Source: an uncultured Acidobacteriota bacterium
Lineage (GTDB): Bacteria; Acidobacteriota; UBA6911
DNA length: 64,000 bases
Direction of reading: 5' to 3'
Assembly: GCA_963843575.1 (NCBI GenBank)
Contig: CAWJKZ010000019.1
Coordinates: 288,001-352,000 of the forward strand
Part shown: positions 21,230-32,054 of the stretch, in pieces
Layout of the letters: each line of letters opens with the position of its first letter
Position numbering within the stretch: the stretch's first letter is position 1
Position numbers and translations under genes: made by a program
Notes under the pieces: model-generated
Databases searched by the model: none
Told to the model about the DNA's origin: nothing
Seen by the model: only the letters and a program-made list of their open reading frames with translations

Positions 21230-22035
21230 TTGCCATGTCCCATAAGCCGCTGTATCGAAGATGGCTCGGCAGTCGTCCCCCTTGTATTGTCAGCGGCGAT
21301 CCTTTGCGGCGAAGCTACAAACCCTGTCGATTCCGGACCGATGCCTCCCTGCGGAAGCACGACGGTTCCCCCCTATCCCGACGTGGATGAGTCGCCCACG
21401 GTAAAAGCCTGGGACCGCTCCGACCTGGCCGCGACTGGACACCGCCTGCCTGCACCGGTTGGACGGCATCGGGCTTTACGACCCTGGTGGTTACGGTTGC
21501 GCTCTTTCGGCATGGCTCCGGGGTCGAGGGCCTGCTCCGCCGCGTCGGGGCGATTTCCGAACTCGCAGGGATGCGCTATTGGTCGACCACCCACAAGCGA
21601 TGGCAGACACTGATTGTCGACGCCTATGCTCTGCCCGGGCCGGCCGGCGGTCGACGCCGCAAAGACTTCTCGCCAGACGAGATCGCGGAAGGCAAGTATC
21701 TGTACTTTCAACAGGAGGATAACCTGTCCGGCAAGGCGATTTACCGAATGCACATTCAAAGCGCTTCTCCCGACCGGCTGGTGTTCGATACCGAAAACAT
21801 CAGCACCGTGCGGTACTTGCTGTGGCCCCTTTTCCGCCCGGGCGAAATGCAGTCGATTTACTTCCTCGAACGCGAGTCGCAGGATGTCTGGCGCTATTAC
21901 AGCATCTCGCGCACGGGAAGGAAAGCGAGCAGGTTAACTGGGGGACACGACGCATCCTCGATCAACCGAGCTGTTGCATTTTACCGCCACCTGGCGGGCA
22001 TTCCGACGGATCAGGAGCCTCCCGCGTCGCGATGA
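21230..22035 (+). CDS. DUF6675-like secreted protein (frameshift near 21430)
   Basis: Joins ORFs 21230 and 21487; 'WTPPACTGW', 'GMRYWSTT' and 'SSINRAVAFYRHLAGIPTDQEPP'. Confidence 0.6.
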
Positions 22036-22203
22036 ACCGCCCGTCCCACTAAACCACCCCAGGGCTGACATCGAGCAGTTGGCGCGCCGGGCTTCGGTGA
22101 CCGACGGAAAGGCATCGGAGACGCCAAAGGTTAATTGTATCAACGACGAACTCCCGGGAATCTTTACCGCCATCACGCTCCAGTTGCACCTCAATGACTC
22201 GGA

Positions 22204-22268
22204 TGTGCAATTTTGACCGCACGGGTGAGCCGTACTGAACTGACGCCCCGGTTATTTGAAAGTATAAA
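22204..22268 (+). promoter_or_regulatory. Island promoter motif copy P6
   Basis: TGTGCAATTTTGACC-N7-TGAGCCGTACTGAAC/TGACG-N17-TATAAA. Confidence 0.9.
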
Positions 22269-22324
22269 AATCATTGGCTGCACCTGCCAATCCTAATCTT
22301 GGCGGAAGCAGGTGCCGGAGCCTA

Positions 22325-22402
22325 GGCATCCCCATCCTTGTGGTGGTGGCCATCGTCGGGATCTTGATTCGGTTCATTCAAGGCCGAAGAGGAACCGCAT
22401 AG
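22325..22402 (+). pseudogene. 3' remnant of an lmo0937-family gene
   Basis: GIPILVVVAIVGILIRFIQGRRGTA* resembles the C-terminal half of 23347..23496. No in-frame start seen. Confidence 0.55.
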
Positions 22403-22420
22403 ATTGCAGGGAGGAAACAA

Positions 22421-22645
22421 ATGAAACCGATCACCTTGATTGGAATTGCATTCCTGGTTCTGGGGGCGCTGGCGCTCGCGTATCAAGGCATCAATTACAC
22501 TCGGACTGAAAAGGTACTTGACCTGGGACCGATTCATGCCACCAAAGAGACGCACGAACGGATTCCACTTCCTCCCATTCTTGGAGGAATAGCATTGCTT
22601 TCAGGCGGTGTTTTGCTGGCTCTCGGCGCGCGGCGAAAGGCCTAG
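22421..22645 (+). CDS. DUF3185-like small membrane protein
   Basis: GGAGG RBS; two TM segments flanking 'YTRTEKVLDLGPIHATKE...IPLPP'. Confidence 0.8.
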   Translation: MKPITLIGIAFLVLGALALAYQGINYTRTEKVLDLGPIHATKETHERIPLPPILGGIALLSGGVLLALGARRKA

Positions 22646-22779
22646 CTCGCATTTGGTCACGGCGTTTTGCGTGCCGAGGCGGCGCAGGTCCTCGAAGCCG
22701 GTACAGATTCCTCTCTGCGGTGCGGAAACTGCCGGGTTGAGCACTACTGGATCATAATGTGCACACATGGTCTCGATCG

Positions 22780-23110
22780 CCGCGCGGCGAGTTACACCTG
22801 GACGTTCTGTTTGTTCTGTTGCTGGTGACAATGGTCTATCTCATCAGGGAGACTCTTTTCGTCTTTGCTGTGGCGCTCCTGTTTTCGTATCTGCTATGGC
22901 CTCTGGTGCACTTTCTCGATCCGCGTTTTCCAGGACTACGTCTTGTCGCCCCACCTGTTGAGCAAAGGCGTGAAACTGCAACCAGTGGTCGTTATTGTCG
23001 GAATTCTCGCTGGCAAATCGCCGGGATCGCCGGTACCTTTTTTGCTGTTCCCATTATGGCGATCCTCCGAATTGTATATCGGCAGCTGAGAAAGAAGGGA
23101 CACCACGCTC
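22780..23110 (+). pseudogene. Internally deleted AI-2E family transporter remnant
   Basis: N-terminal 'LFVFAVALLFSYLLWPLV' joins directly to C-terminal 'QDYVLSPHLL...LQPVVVI...IAGIAGTFFAVPIMAILRI' across frames. The middle of the gene is missing. Confidence 0.65.
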
Positions 23111-23218
23111 GCAAACCCCGCGATAAGAATCGTTTAGGGATGTGGCCAGCAGGAGGCTGCGCCGCACGGGGGTTGCGATTGCGATTTGCTCACAAGTGAA
23201 ATCGCCCCCTTAGGTAGG

Positions 23219-23283
23219 TGTGCAATTGTGACCGGCCGTGTGAGCCATTCTGAACTGACACGCGATGTCCTGCAGGGTATAAA
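23219..23283 (+). promoter_or_regulatory. Island promoter motif copy P7
   Basis: TGTGCAATTGTGACC-N7-TGAGCCATTCTGAAC/TGACA-N17-TATAAA. Confidence 0.88.
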
Positions 23284-23346
23284 GGTGATAAGAATTGGTG
23301 ATGAAGAGGCTTTGGGATCAAGAGAAAAACGAAAGCGGGGTTGGTT

Positions 23347-23496
23347 ATGTTATGGACAATCGGAGGGGTTTTGCTGGTGTTGTGGCTTTTGGGATTTTCC
23401 ATGCACGTGGGTGGAGGTTTGATTCACGCGCTGCTGGTCATCGCGATTATTGTGTTTGTCTTCAATGTGCTCACAGGTCGTCGTTCGTCGATCTAG
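23347..23496 (+). CDS. lmo0937 family small membrane protein (49 aa)
   Basis: MLWTIGGVLLVLWLLGFSMHVGGGLIHALLVIAIIVFVFNVLTGRRSSI*. Not in the ORF track. Confidence 0.88.
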   Translation: MLWTIGGVLLVLWLLGFSMHVGGGLIHALLVIAIIVFVFNVLTGRRSSI

Positions 23497-23707
23497 CTCC
23501 CACTCGGCGTCCCCATCAAAGGGGATGAGCAAGTGTGAGCCGTTAGAGCCATGCGGGACGGATGCGAGAAGAGCGGATCCTGAAAACTCCGGGAGAGGGC
23601 GGAGAAACGGCGAGGAAGTTGAGTGGACTTGAACGAATGGAGAAACATGAGTGCGAGCGCGTCGTGAGAAGTGAGCGGAAGCGCGCGCAACAATTTAGGA
23701 GAGCGTT

Positions 23708-24419
23708 ATGAAACTGAATGGGTTAGCGAGGGTTGGGGTCACCTGCCTGGGCATGGGTGCGTTGTCGGCGGGACTGTTGTTCGCCGATGAGAGCGCCGTG
23801 AAGCGATTGAAGACGGCGGGTGTTGTTTTAAGCGAGATCATGCGAACGCCCGACAAAGGTGTCCCGCAAGAATTGCTCGAAAGCTCGCAGTGTATCGTGA
23901 TCGTTCCGGGGATGAAAAAGGCCGCGTTTATCGTGGGCGGTAACTATGGCAGAGGCTTCATGTTGTGTCGCCAGGCTTCCGGCTTGGGGTGGTCTGCACC
24001 CGCCGGGGTGAAGGTTGAAGGCGGCAGCGTAGGTTTCCAGATCGGAGGCTCGGAGACGGACGTGATCATGCTCGTGATGAACAAACGCGGCGCTGAAAAG
24101 CTTCTTTCGAGCAAATTCACCCTCGGTGCAGACGCTTCCGTGGCAGCCGGACCTGTGGGGCGGACATCGTCGGCCGACACGGATGCGAAGCTGCACGCGG
24201 AGATACTGTCGTATTCGCGCTCACGCGGGGCATTTGCGGGTATTTCACTGGAGGGCGCAACGCTGCGGCCTGATGAGGATGCGAATGCTGGCGCTGTATG
24301 GCAGGAAACTCAGCAACGAACAAATTGTCATGGGCAAAGTCAAGTCGCCCGCCTCGGGCGCCAAGCTGGCGTCGGAATTGAACAGATACTCCGCTCGCAA
24401 GGAAGCTCGAAAAGATTAA
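23708..24419 (+). CDS. Lipid-binding SYLF (Ysc84) domain protein (frameshift near 24290)
   Basis: 'GGSVGFQIG', 'ASVAAGPVGR' and 'YSRSRGAFAGISLEGA'. The true C-terminus 'ALYGRKLSNEQI...' ends at 24419 in another frame. Confidence 0.85.
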
Positions 24420-24463
24420 CTGGACGAAAGTACGGGCACTCAGCCACTGGAGACGGTAACACC

Positions 24464-24700
24464 ATGAACTGGGATCAGATTGAAGGAAAATGGAAACAGT
24501 TTACAGGATCCGCCCGCGAACGCTGGGGAAAACTCACGGACGATGACTTCAAGACAGCCGCCGGGAAGAAGGAGAACCTGGTAGGGCGCATTCAGGAACG
24601 CTATGGAATCGCGAAGGAGGAAGCTGAGAGGCAGGCTAACGAGTGGTCTGCCGCTCTAAAGGAGTCCGCTCGCGAGGTCGGCGCTAAAAAACTTTCGTGA
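24464..24700 (+). CDS. csbD: CsbD family general stress protein
   Basis: MNWDQIEGKWKQFTG...WGKLTDDD...GRIQERYG, with its own GGAG RBS. Confidence 0.9.
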   Translation: MNWDQIEGKWKQFTGSARERWGKLTDDDFKTAAGKKENLVGRIQERYGIAKEEAERQANEWSAALKESAREVGAKKLS

Positions 24701-24909
24701 GCGTGCCCGCCAGCTAACCCTTCAAAGCAGATATGGCGCTGGCACGGCCACGATGACACGTTGCTGTAAATGGTTGTTCTTTGGCCCTACCGACGAATCG
24801 ATGGGGCCTCCAAGGCAAGGCAGCCGCACAGGATGCTGTGGTGAGTCCGGCCTTGGGGTCGGGTCACTGAGATAGGTAGTCCAACAATTTAGCAATGAGG
24901 AGTTCCAAA

Positions 24910-25650
24910 ATGAATAGATTCAAAGTTGGGGCGACGATCTTTGGTCTCGCCCTGGTAACCCTGGCATTTCCGCTCAGGGGGAGTGCAGACGAGTGGGACA
25001 AGAAGACCAGTGTGACATTCAGCGGCCCTGTCGAGATTCCGGGTGTGGGGGCTCAGGTCCTGCCGGCGGGCACATATGTCTTCAAGCTGCTGGATTCGCA
25101 ATCCGACCGCCACATCGTTCAGATCTTTAACGAACGGGGAGACCACGTTTATGCCACCATCCTTGCGATACCGAATTTCCGCCTGAGATCTACGGACAAG
25201 ACGGTTATGACGTTCAGGGAAAGGGCGGCCGGTGATCCGGAAGCCATCAGGGCGTGGTTTTACCCTGGGAACAATTGGGGCCAGGAGTTTGTATATCCGA
25301 AGAAAAGGGCTCTCGAGCTGGCAAAGATCGCCAACGTCCCCGTTCTCGCGATGCCTACCGAGCTGGAAACCAACCTTACCTTGCCAGTAACCAAGATAGA
25401 CGAACCGCCGGTAGTCGCTCTGATGGAGGCGCCTCTCGAGGCCGTTAAGCCTACAGGAGAAGCGGTCGCAATAACCGAAGTCGTCGAGGCCCCGCCGGTA
25501 GAGACAGCCGCTGCTGTTCAGACCCCGACCCCGGAGCCTGACAAGCAGTTGCCCAAAACCGCCAGCCTACTGCCTCTGGTGGGATTGATCGGGTTACTGT
25601 CGCTGGGCGCAGGCTTCGCTCTTTTGGGATTTCCGAGGCGACCTGTTTAA
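24910..25650 (+). CDS. Secreted protein with C-terminal LPXTG-like sorting signal (LPKTA)
   Basis: GAGGAG RBS; signal peptide; Pro/Thr/Ala-rich linker; LPKTAS, hydrophobic helix and PRRPV tail. Confidence 0.82.
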   Translation: MNRFKVGATIFGLALVTLAFPLRGSADEWDKKTSVTFSGPVEIPGVGAQVLPAGTYVFKLLDSQSDRHIVQIFNERGDHVYATILAIPNFRLRSTDKTVMTFRERAAGDPEAIRAWFYPGNNWGQEFVYPKKRALELAKIANVPVLAMPTELETNLTLPVTKIDEPPVVALMEAPLEAVKPTGEAVAITEVVEAPPVETAAAVQTPTPEPDKQLPKTASLLPLVGLIGLLSLGAGFALLGFPRRPV

Positions 25651-25717
25651 TAAGGACGCCTTGTGCTGGTGTGGATCATTCTGCAAGGGGTCCATACCAA
25701 GCGCGTTCCCAGGGATA

Positions 25718-25744
25718 GGGCGCAGGCGAAGCTAGCCTGCGCCC
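25718..25744 (+). terminator. Hairpin after the LPKTA gene
   Basis: GGGCGCAGGC-N7-GCCTGCGCCC perfect 10-bp stem. Confidence 0.45.
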
Positions 25745-25922
25745 AAAGAGCGCAGTGGAGTCCCGAACACCTGGGCCTGCGCTTCCCCCCCCGGGGCAAG
25801 TGTTTCCGGGTGTGCAAAGAGGGGTCCCCCGGCATGTGTGCCCATCCCACACCCCGAACTCGCTGCCCTTTACTTCCTCCAATCCAGGTCGACGCCCCGC
25901 GCCGATAAAGAAGAGGCGAACG

Positions 25923-26747
25923 ATGAGCACGATAATTACGAAAGACGGTACGCAGATCTATTACAAAGACTGGGGCACAGGACAGCCTGTGGTGTTCAGC
26001 CACGGCTGGCCCCTCAGTGCGGACAGCTGGGAAGCTCAGATGCTGTTCCTGGCCTCGAACGGCTATCGCTGCATTGCCCATGACCGTCGCGGCCATGGCC
26101 GGTCGAGCCAGCCCTGGACTGGCAACGAGATGGACACCTATGCCGACGACCTCTCGGAGCTCATCGAAACACTGGAGCTGCAAGGCGCCGTCCTAATCGG
26201 TTTCTCGGCGGGCGGCGGCGAAGTTGCACGGTATGTTGGCCGCCACGGCGCGAAACGGCTGGCCAAAGCCGCGCTGATCTCCGCCGTCCCGCCGCTGATG
26301 CTGAAAACGGCGGCAAATCCCGGCGGCATGCCCATTGAGGTGTTCGACGGAATCCGCCGCGGTTCCATGGCTGACCGCTCGCAGCTCTACAAGGATCTCG
26401 CCGGCGGCCCGTTCTTCGGGGCCAACAGACCCGGCGCCAAGGTCTCTCAGGGAATGATCGACTCGTTCTGGCTCCAGGGGATGCAGGCCGGTCACAAGAA
26501 CACCTTCGACTGCATCAAGGCATTCTCCGAGACGGATTTCAGCCAAGACCTCAAGAAGTTCGACCTGCCGACGCTGATCCTTCACGGCGACGACGACCAG
26601 ATCGTGCCGATTGGTGCCTCGGCTCTCCGGTCAGCGGAGCTGGTCAAGAACGCAACCCTCAAGATCTATGCGGGCGCACCTCACGGCCTCGCCTACACGC
26701 ACAAAGACCAGCTCAACGCCGACCTGCTGGCATTCCTCAATACCTGA
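25923..26747 (+). CDS. Non-heme chloroperoxidase / arylesterase (alpha/beta hydrolase)
   Basis: 'IYYKDWG', 'SHGWPL', 'HDRRGHGRS', GFSAGG nucleophile motif, 'HGDDDQIVP' and 'GAPHG'. Confidence 0.9.
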   Translation: MSTIITKDGTQIYYKDWGTGQPVVFSHGWPLSADSWEAQMLFLASNGYRCIAHDRRGHGRSSQPWTGNEMDTYADDLSELIETLELQGAVLIGFSAGGGEVARYVGRHGAKRLAKAALISAVPPLMLKTAANPGGMPIEVFDGIRRGSMADRSQLYKDLAGGPFFGANRPGAKVSQGMIDSFWLQGMQAGHKNTFDCIKAFSETDFSQDLKKFDLPTLILHGDDDQIVPIGASALRSAELVKNATLKIYAGAPHGLAYTHKDQLNADLLAFLNT

Positions 26748-26868
26748 GGTCTCTTTGCCGGAGGCCTATCTCCGAAAAGAGAGGACTTTACAGGTCTTCC
26801 GTTGGCCAAGCCGACAAGGTCAACCGGACGCGCGGCAAAAGCAAGGCCCTACGGAGAGATGCGGCGGG

Positions 26869-28815
26869 TCATGACGCCTTGTGCCGGACCAGCTCTGGAA
26901 TCTGCTCGACAGCCTGCGCCAGGCTCGTGAGCAAGCGATCCGGTTGGGTTCGTTCGAAACGCGCCTTGGCCTTCTCCGTATCGCCATTGAACCCCCAGAC
27001 TCCGACAACGAGTTTGAGTCTGGGAAAGCGTTCCCGAATCAGTTTGCACATCGTCCGCGCGGGTGGAAAAGCATAAGGCGGCAATGCGGAGATGCAGATG
27101 ACGTCGTCTTGTCTCTTTTCAATCAACGCCAGCAACTCCGCGGGAGAAGTGTGGGCGATCGGAAGAGAGAGAGCCGAGTGGCCCCCCTGCTCCAGGAGCT
27201 GCGCCAGCATGGCGGCCGTGACCTCATCGGCCTGATCATTTGCGGGAAGGCAGAGTATTCTGGCGCTGTGATGCTCAACCGGGCCTGATTCCGCCGTGGC
27301 ATCGTCGGCTGGGGTTGAATCCTGCACCGGTTGGTACTCCGAAAGTTCGGTAATCATTTCGTTGATGCTGAGAAAGAGAAACGCCTCCCTGGTTGTTTCA
27401 ATCGCCCCTTGGTGGCGATCCTGCTCGGCCAGGCTCAACGCAGGTACGAGCACCGAATCGTATAACTCCAGCAGGGATTTTTCTTTCAAGAACCGGGTCA
27501 CAATAGCTTGCGCCTCCGGTTGGTCCATCGCCAGCAAGCGCTGGTAGATCTGAGCTTCCGCCCCCAGAGCTACTTCATCCCCCAGCAGGACATGAAGAAA
27601 AGAGAGTTGAGGAACGTAGCGGCCCAGCACAACGACGCAAACGGTAAGGGGCGTAGACAGGATGAGACCGGCTGGACCCCACAGAATAGTCCAAAAGACA
27701 GCCGCCACCAGCAGCGCCAACGAAGAGATTCCCGTGTTCGCCCCATAAAGCCACGGCTCGACGAAATTGGCAATGATCAGTTCGAGACCGGCAAACAGCA
27801 GGAACACCAGCAGCGGCGGCAGCCAGCTGTCAAAAGCTGCTAACGAGAGGATGATCGGCAGAGCGGCGGCAACCGTCGTGCCGACATACGGCACGATGCG
27901 CAGGAGGCCGGCGATGACTCCCCAGAGCGCGGCATTGGGCACGCCAATGCAGTACAGCCCGAATCCGAACAGAGTTCCAAAGCCGGCATTGACCAGGAGC
28001 TGCATCAACAGGTATCGGCTGACACGTTGCGCCGCATCGTCGAGCGCCTGCGTCATGATATTGATCTGCCCGAGTCCAACCAGCCCGAAGAAACGCTGTC
28101 TCAAGTCGAATCTCTTGGTCAACATGAAGACCGTGAATATGAGGACAAGTCCGGCCAGTGCCAGCGGCCGAAGAACGGGCTGGACCAGATCACCAAGGTA
28201 GTCCAATCCGTTTGCCGGCGATTGCACGATCTGTACGGGCAGGGGAAGCGCGGGAGTATTCGGTGCACTGCGCTGCTTCCGATTCTGCACCGCAGGACCT
28301 GGCTCCGGAGAGGGTGCCATCGGGCTGGTAAGTTCGCTCGCGATTTCCTTCAAGCTGCCGGCAGCCAGGCCTAACGGTCCCTTTGTGGGAATGCGAAGCG
28401 CTTCCATCTTGGCGTGAATGTTCTGGCGGTACGTGGGAAGCTTCTCGGCAATGTCAACGAGCTGAATTGCGATGATCCAGCCAACGAAGCCGGCCGCCGC
28501 CATCGTTACCAGGACGGTCACAGCGACGGCCGGCATGCGGCCGATGCGTGATCTTTGCAGGAGCGCGACCACAGGGGTCAAAACGAACGTCAGAATGAGA
28601 GCAAATGCCAGGGGGATCAGAATTTCGCGGGCAAAGTACAGCGCTGCGATCGTACCAAACAGCGTGACCATCGCCCAGCTATTGGAGCTTGGGAGGTGGC
28701 GGCGTGATGCGCTGATGGCCACCGGTACTGAAGCACTGCGCAAGTCAACCACGATGGTCGCGGGATCCGTCCTGAGGCGCCTGCGGAAGAATGGTCGGTT
28801 CCAGATGAAAGCCAT
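26869..28815 (-). CDS. AI-2E family transporter with C-terminal soluble (B12-binding-like) domain
   Basis: Multi-TM; 'LLRIVPYVG', 'NFVEPWLYG' and 'WGPAGLILSTPLT'. Start uncertain. Confidence 0.85.
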   Translation of the reverse strand: MAFIWNRPFFRRRLRTDPATIVVDLRSASVPVAISASRRHLPSSNSWAMVTLFGTIAALYFAREILIPLAFALILTFVLTPVVALLQRSRIGRMPAVAVTVLVTMAAAGFVGWIIAIQLVDIAEKLPTYRQNIHAKMEALRIPTKGPLGLAAGSLKEIASELTSPMAPSPEPGPAVQNRKQRSAPNTPALPLPVQIVQSPANGLDYLGDLVQPVLRPLALAGLVLIFTVFMLTKRFDLRQRFFGLVGLGQINIMTQALDDAAQRVSRYLLMQLLVNAGFGTLFGFGLYCIGVPNAALWGVIAGLLRIVPYVGTTVAAALPIILSLAAFDSWLPPLLVFLLFAGLELIIANFVEPWLYGANTGISSLALLVAAVFWTILWGPAGLILSTPLTVCVVVLGRYVPQLSFLHVLLGDEVALGAEAQIYQRLLAMDQPEAQAIVTRFLKEKSLLELYDSVLVPALSLAEQDRHQGAIETTREAFLFLSINEMITELSEYQPVQDSTPADDATAESGPVEHHSARILCLPANDQADEVTAAMLAQLLEQGGHSALSLPIAHTSPAELLALIEKRQDDVICISALPPYAFPPARTMCKLIRERFPRLKLVVGVWGFNGDTEKAKARFERTQPDRLLTSLAQAVEQIPELVRHKAS

Positions 28816-29692
28816 GTTAGGGGCCTTTGGGAGGCGATACCGCACGCCAGTAACCAAAAACGAGAGTCCCCGGCGCACTGCTCGCGAGGAGGGCCATCAG
28901 CCCACGAAGGCAATTCTGCTGCAAGGAGGCTGACCGGGTAAATTTCGGCACCTGCCGCCTATGTATGAGCAGTCTCTGCGACGCATAGTAAAAACAATCT
29001 GCGATTTTGACCGCGCAGCCTCCCTGGTTGGGATGCGTGCCTCTAGCTTCCGATATGGGGCTGATGTCTCCTTCGGCTCCGTGAACCCCGGAGTCCAAAG
29101 CCGATTACAGAGGAGATTTTATCCCAAAACGCTGTTGCAGCATAAGGAATCCCACAACACTTCTACTTACACGGCGGATTTGTTTATCCTGCTCACGAAA
29201 AGGTATGCAAAGAGATCCTGCTAGGCTCGTGGACCGCCGAATCACGTGCTGACCAACTCTGTCGAGGTTCGCTACTTCCCACGGCCCGTTCCGCTGCCTG
29301 TTGGGCAGCGCGTCCGTGGGGGGGAGACTCGTTCCCACCCGGGCGATCCTGTGCGGCTCGCTCAAAGGCCTTCCAGACGCCTTTGAAACGGCGTCGATCA
29401 GCACGAGAGACCGGTGACTCGTCCGCATCCCGACCTTGGAGCAGCGCATCACAGCGGCCGTCTGGAGCAGATGACCTGGCAGCGGGAACGGAGCACGGGG
29501 GACGTCCGTGGATCTGCCTGCCGTGTTGGCGCTCGACTGAGTCACATCGATAATTGCAGAACTATGCGGGCGATTCAATGCAGAACACACGGGAGCGGCT
29601 ACAACCGCCGCCTTTAAACCGAACCTGATTTTGCACTGTTGGGGTCCCCCTGGAAACCAACGACTCCCTGGAGCGAGGAGGCTGTCCTGGGA

Positions 29693-29758
29693 TGAGCGCT
29701 TTTGACCATACGTGTGAGCGGTATTGCACTGAAAAGTGAGTCCCCCAAAAGGTATGGT
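29693..29758 (+). promoter_or_regulatory. Island promoter motif copy P8
   Basis: TGAGCGCTTTTGACC-N7-TGAGCGGTATTGCAC/TGAAA-N18-TATGGT. Confidence 0.8.
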
Positions 29759-29931
29759 GAAATAGGGTTGGTGACTACTTGCCGGGTAGGTCGCTCATGA
29801 TCGGCGTTGGTCTAATCCAAAACCTCACGGGTATGTTCTTTTGCACTCGGTCCGACCCACTCCGTCCGGCGGGGCGGGCGCTGGAGGCCAGAGCTCGGGG
29901 GAAACAGCAACAATTCACTAAGGAGGATGTG

Positions 29932-30705
29932 ATGCTTAGGAGCATGAAGGATCTCTACGGGTTCACGATCGGGGCCACCGATGGGGACATCGGCACAGTC
30001 AAAGAGTGCTATTTCGACGATGTGAGCTACACGGTGCGCTACGTCGTGGTCGACACGGGGGGGTGGCTTTCGGAACGTAAGGTACTCCTCTCGCCGTTCG
30101 CCTTCCGAGCAATGGACTGGGAGCACAAGCGCATCACGGCCGCGCTGACGAAGGCCCAGGTGGAGAAGAGTCCAGATATCGACACGGATAAGCCGGTCTC
30201 GCGGCAGCACGAGGCCGTTTACTATGGCTACTATGGCTACAACCCGTACTGGGAGGGGTCCTATCTCTGGGGCGCGTATTCCTATCCCTATTCTGGGTCC
30301 GGGCCGGCCCCGAGTGCCGCGGACCTCGAGCACGAGCGGCGTTGGAACTGGGAGACCGAGGAGCGCGGCGACCCGCACCTCCGGAGTTCGCGCGCAGTGA
30401 CCGGCTACCACATCCAGGCGAAGGACGGCGACGTCGGCCATGTGGCGGACTTTCTTGTGGACGATTACTCCTGGGCGATCCGCTACATGATCGCGGACAC
30501 AAGCAACTGGTGGCTAGGCAAGAAGGTGTTGGTGGCGACCGCCTGGATCAAGCGGGTGGACTGGGACCATTCGGAATTGCACGTGACCGTCACGCGCGCG
30601 CAGATCAAGAACTGTCCAGAGTACGATCCGGCCCGACCTGTCGAGCGCGCCTACGAGACGCAACTATACGGCCACTATGGCCAGCCCCGCTACTGGGACG
30701 AGTAG
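29932..30705 (+). CDS. Tandem PRC-barrel domain protein
   Basis: AAGGAGG RBS; two repeats 'ATDGDIGTV..YFDD..VRYVVVDTGGWL..KVL' and 'AKDGDVGHV.DF.VDD..IRY...W..KKVL'. Confidence 0.88.
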   Translation: MLRSMKDLYGFTIGATDGDIGTVKECYFDDVSYTVRYVVVDTGGWLSERKVLLSPFAFRAMDWEHKRITAALTKAQVEKSPDIDTDKPVSRQHEAVYYGYYGYNPYWEGSYLWGAYSYPYSGSGPAPSAADLEHERRWNWETEERGDPHLRSSRAVTGYHIQAKDGDVGHVADFLVDDYSWAIRYMIADTSNWWLGKKVLVATAWIKRVDWDHSELHVTVTRAQIKNCPEYDPARPVERAYETQLYGHYGQPRYWDE

Positions 30706-30813
30706 CGGCTCGTTCTTCCCATCCGCTCCGCAAAGGAAAAAAGGGAGAGATGAATAGAATGCCACAACACTGGTTTACGCGGGCCAGTCTAACCATCGAT
30801 CGGAGGAGTTGCT

Positions 30814-31206
30814 ATGACAGGATTTATCAAAAATATCGAGGGCATTGCCGTCAAGAATGAAGAATTTCGCAGGGTGCTTTACACGGCCAAGAACTGTCAG
30901 CTCGTGGTCATGGCGTTGAAGCCCAAGGAGGAAATCGGGGCGGAAGTGCATAAACTCGATCAGTTCTTTCGCGTGGAGGAAGGGACGGGCGAGGCCGTTC
31001 TCGATGGTGTTCGCACGGTGATCAGCGCGGGTTTCGCCGTGCTCGTGCCTGCCGGGACGAATCACAACATCGTCAATACCGGCAGTGTCGCACTGAAGCT
31101 CTATACGCTCTATGCGCCGCCGAATCATCGGGACGGCGTCGTCCACCATACCCGAGCCGATGCAGAGAAGGACAACGAACACTTCGAAGGCAAAACTACG
31201 GAATAG
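30814..31206 (+). CDS. Cupin domain protein
   Basis: 'EEIGAEVH..DQFFRVEEG', 'VPAGTNHNI.N' and 'YAPPNH'. Confidence 0.88.
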   Translation: MTGFIKNIEGIAVKNEEFRRVLYTAKNCQLVVMALKPKEEIGAEVHKLDQFFRVEEGTGEAVLDGVRTVISAGFAVLVPAGTNHNIVNTGSVALKLYTLYAPPNHRDGVVHHTRADAEKDNEHFEGKTTE

Positions 31207-32054
31207 AGAGTCGACCGCGCGCCGTCCTGGGGAAAAGCAAGGATGTGGCCCGGTTGTCGTTCGCCAAAATCCGGGCCGTCTTGAAACCTCATTTTATGCG
31301 GCTTTGGCGCGAAAAGTGCGGATCTGAATTCGTGGTTGCTCGTCTTATGCGGCGGAATGTCGTGCAGGCATCCACCGCATTCACCTTCGGCACGCGGAAT
31401 AGCGACTGATGTGCGGGGGCGTCACTGCGACCGGCGACTCCTTGACCGGCCGAGGAAGTGGCGCTGATTTCCTCGACTTTTGCTGCTTTGCAGCGGCTTT
31501 AGAGTTGGGGATGGTGGGCCGGGGTCGCATCGCAAAACGCTGCACCCGCAGGCGACGGGTCTGAGGAGTGCGTTCCCGCCGGTATTCAGCAGAAGGGAAA
31601 ATTACAGGAGAACGTCCATGACAGCTCAACGGCATGTTCGATACTGCTCACAACGCGAGCTCGTCCGGATCCATTTATGAGTTTCGGGATCAACCGCAGG
31701 AGGTTGACCTATCACTAATTCTCCTGGTAGGTCAAACCTCGAGGACCTTTGGTGACACGCGGCGTGAAAATCAGATTCTTTTCCGCTTGTCCTAGGGTAA
31801 TATAGCTTGTCTGGATCCAAAAGGACAACAAGATTGGAAGTGCGAATCCAAAACCACTCATGCGCATGAAGTTGACCGGTCAGGTGGCGGCGGCTACAGG
31901 TGCTCAGGAGGGGGGACGGAAACTCGAGAAGGGCCTGGAGAGCAGCAGATGGGCGTCTTTTGTTCAGAACGGATACGAACGGAGAGCGCCGGTTCCTTAT
32001 AACAGATCATGCGAAATCAAATTGCTTCTTATCTTTGGATCTCTTATCCCTGCA

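Noticed and set aside
22739-22753. TGAGCACTACTGGAT single box before the AI-2E relic
   Set aside because: No partner box at 22 bp and no properly spaced -10; at most a decayed site.
23708-24700. Apparent SYLF-CsbD fusion protein (330 aa)
   Set aside because: Created by a frameshift near 24290. The SYLF C-terminus ends at 24419 in another frame, and CsbD has its own RBS and ATG at 24464.
28998-29012. TCTGCGATTTTGACC resembling box 1
   Set aside because: No second box at +22 and no gene start faced; not counted as a motif copy.
31510-31530. ATGGTGGGCCGGGG resembling a reversed tRNA 3' end (att site)
   Set aside because: Too short, with no T-arm or cloverleaf and no integrase nearby.
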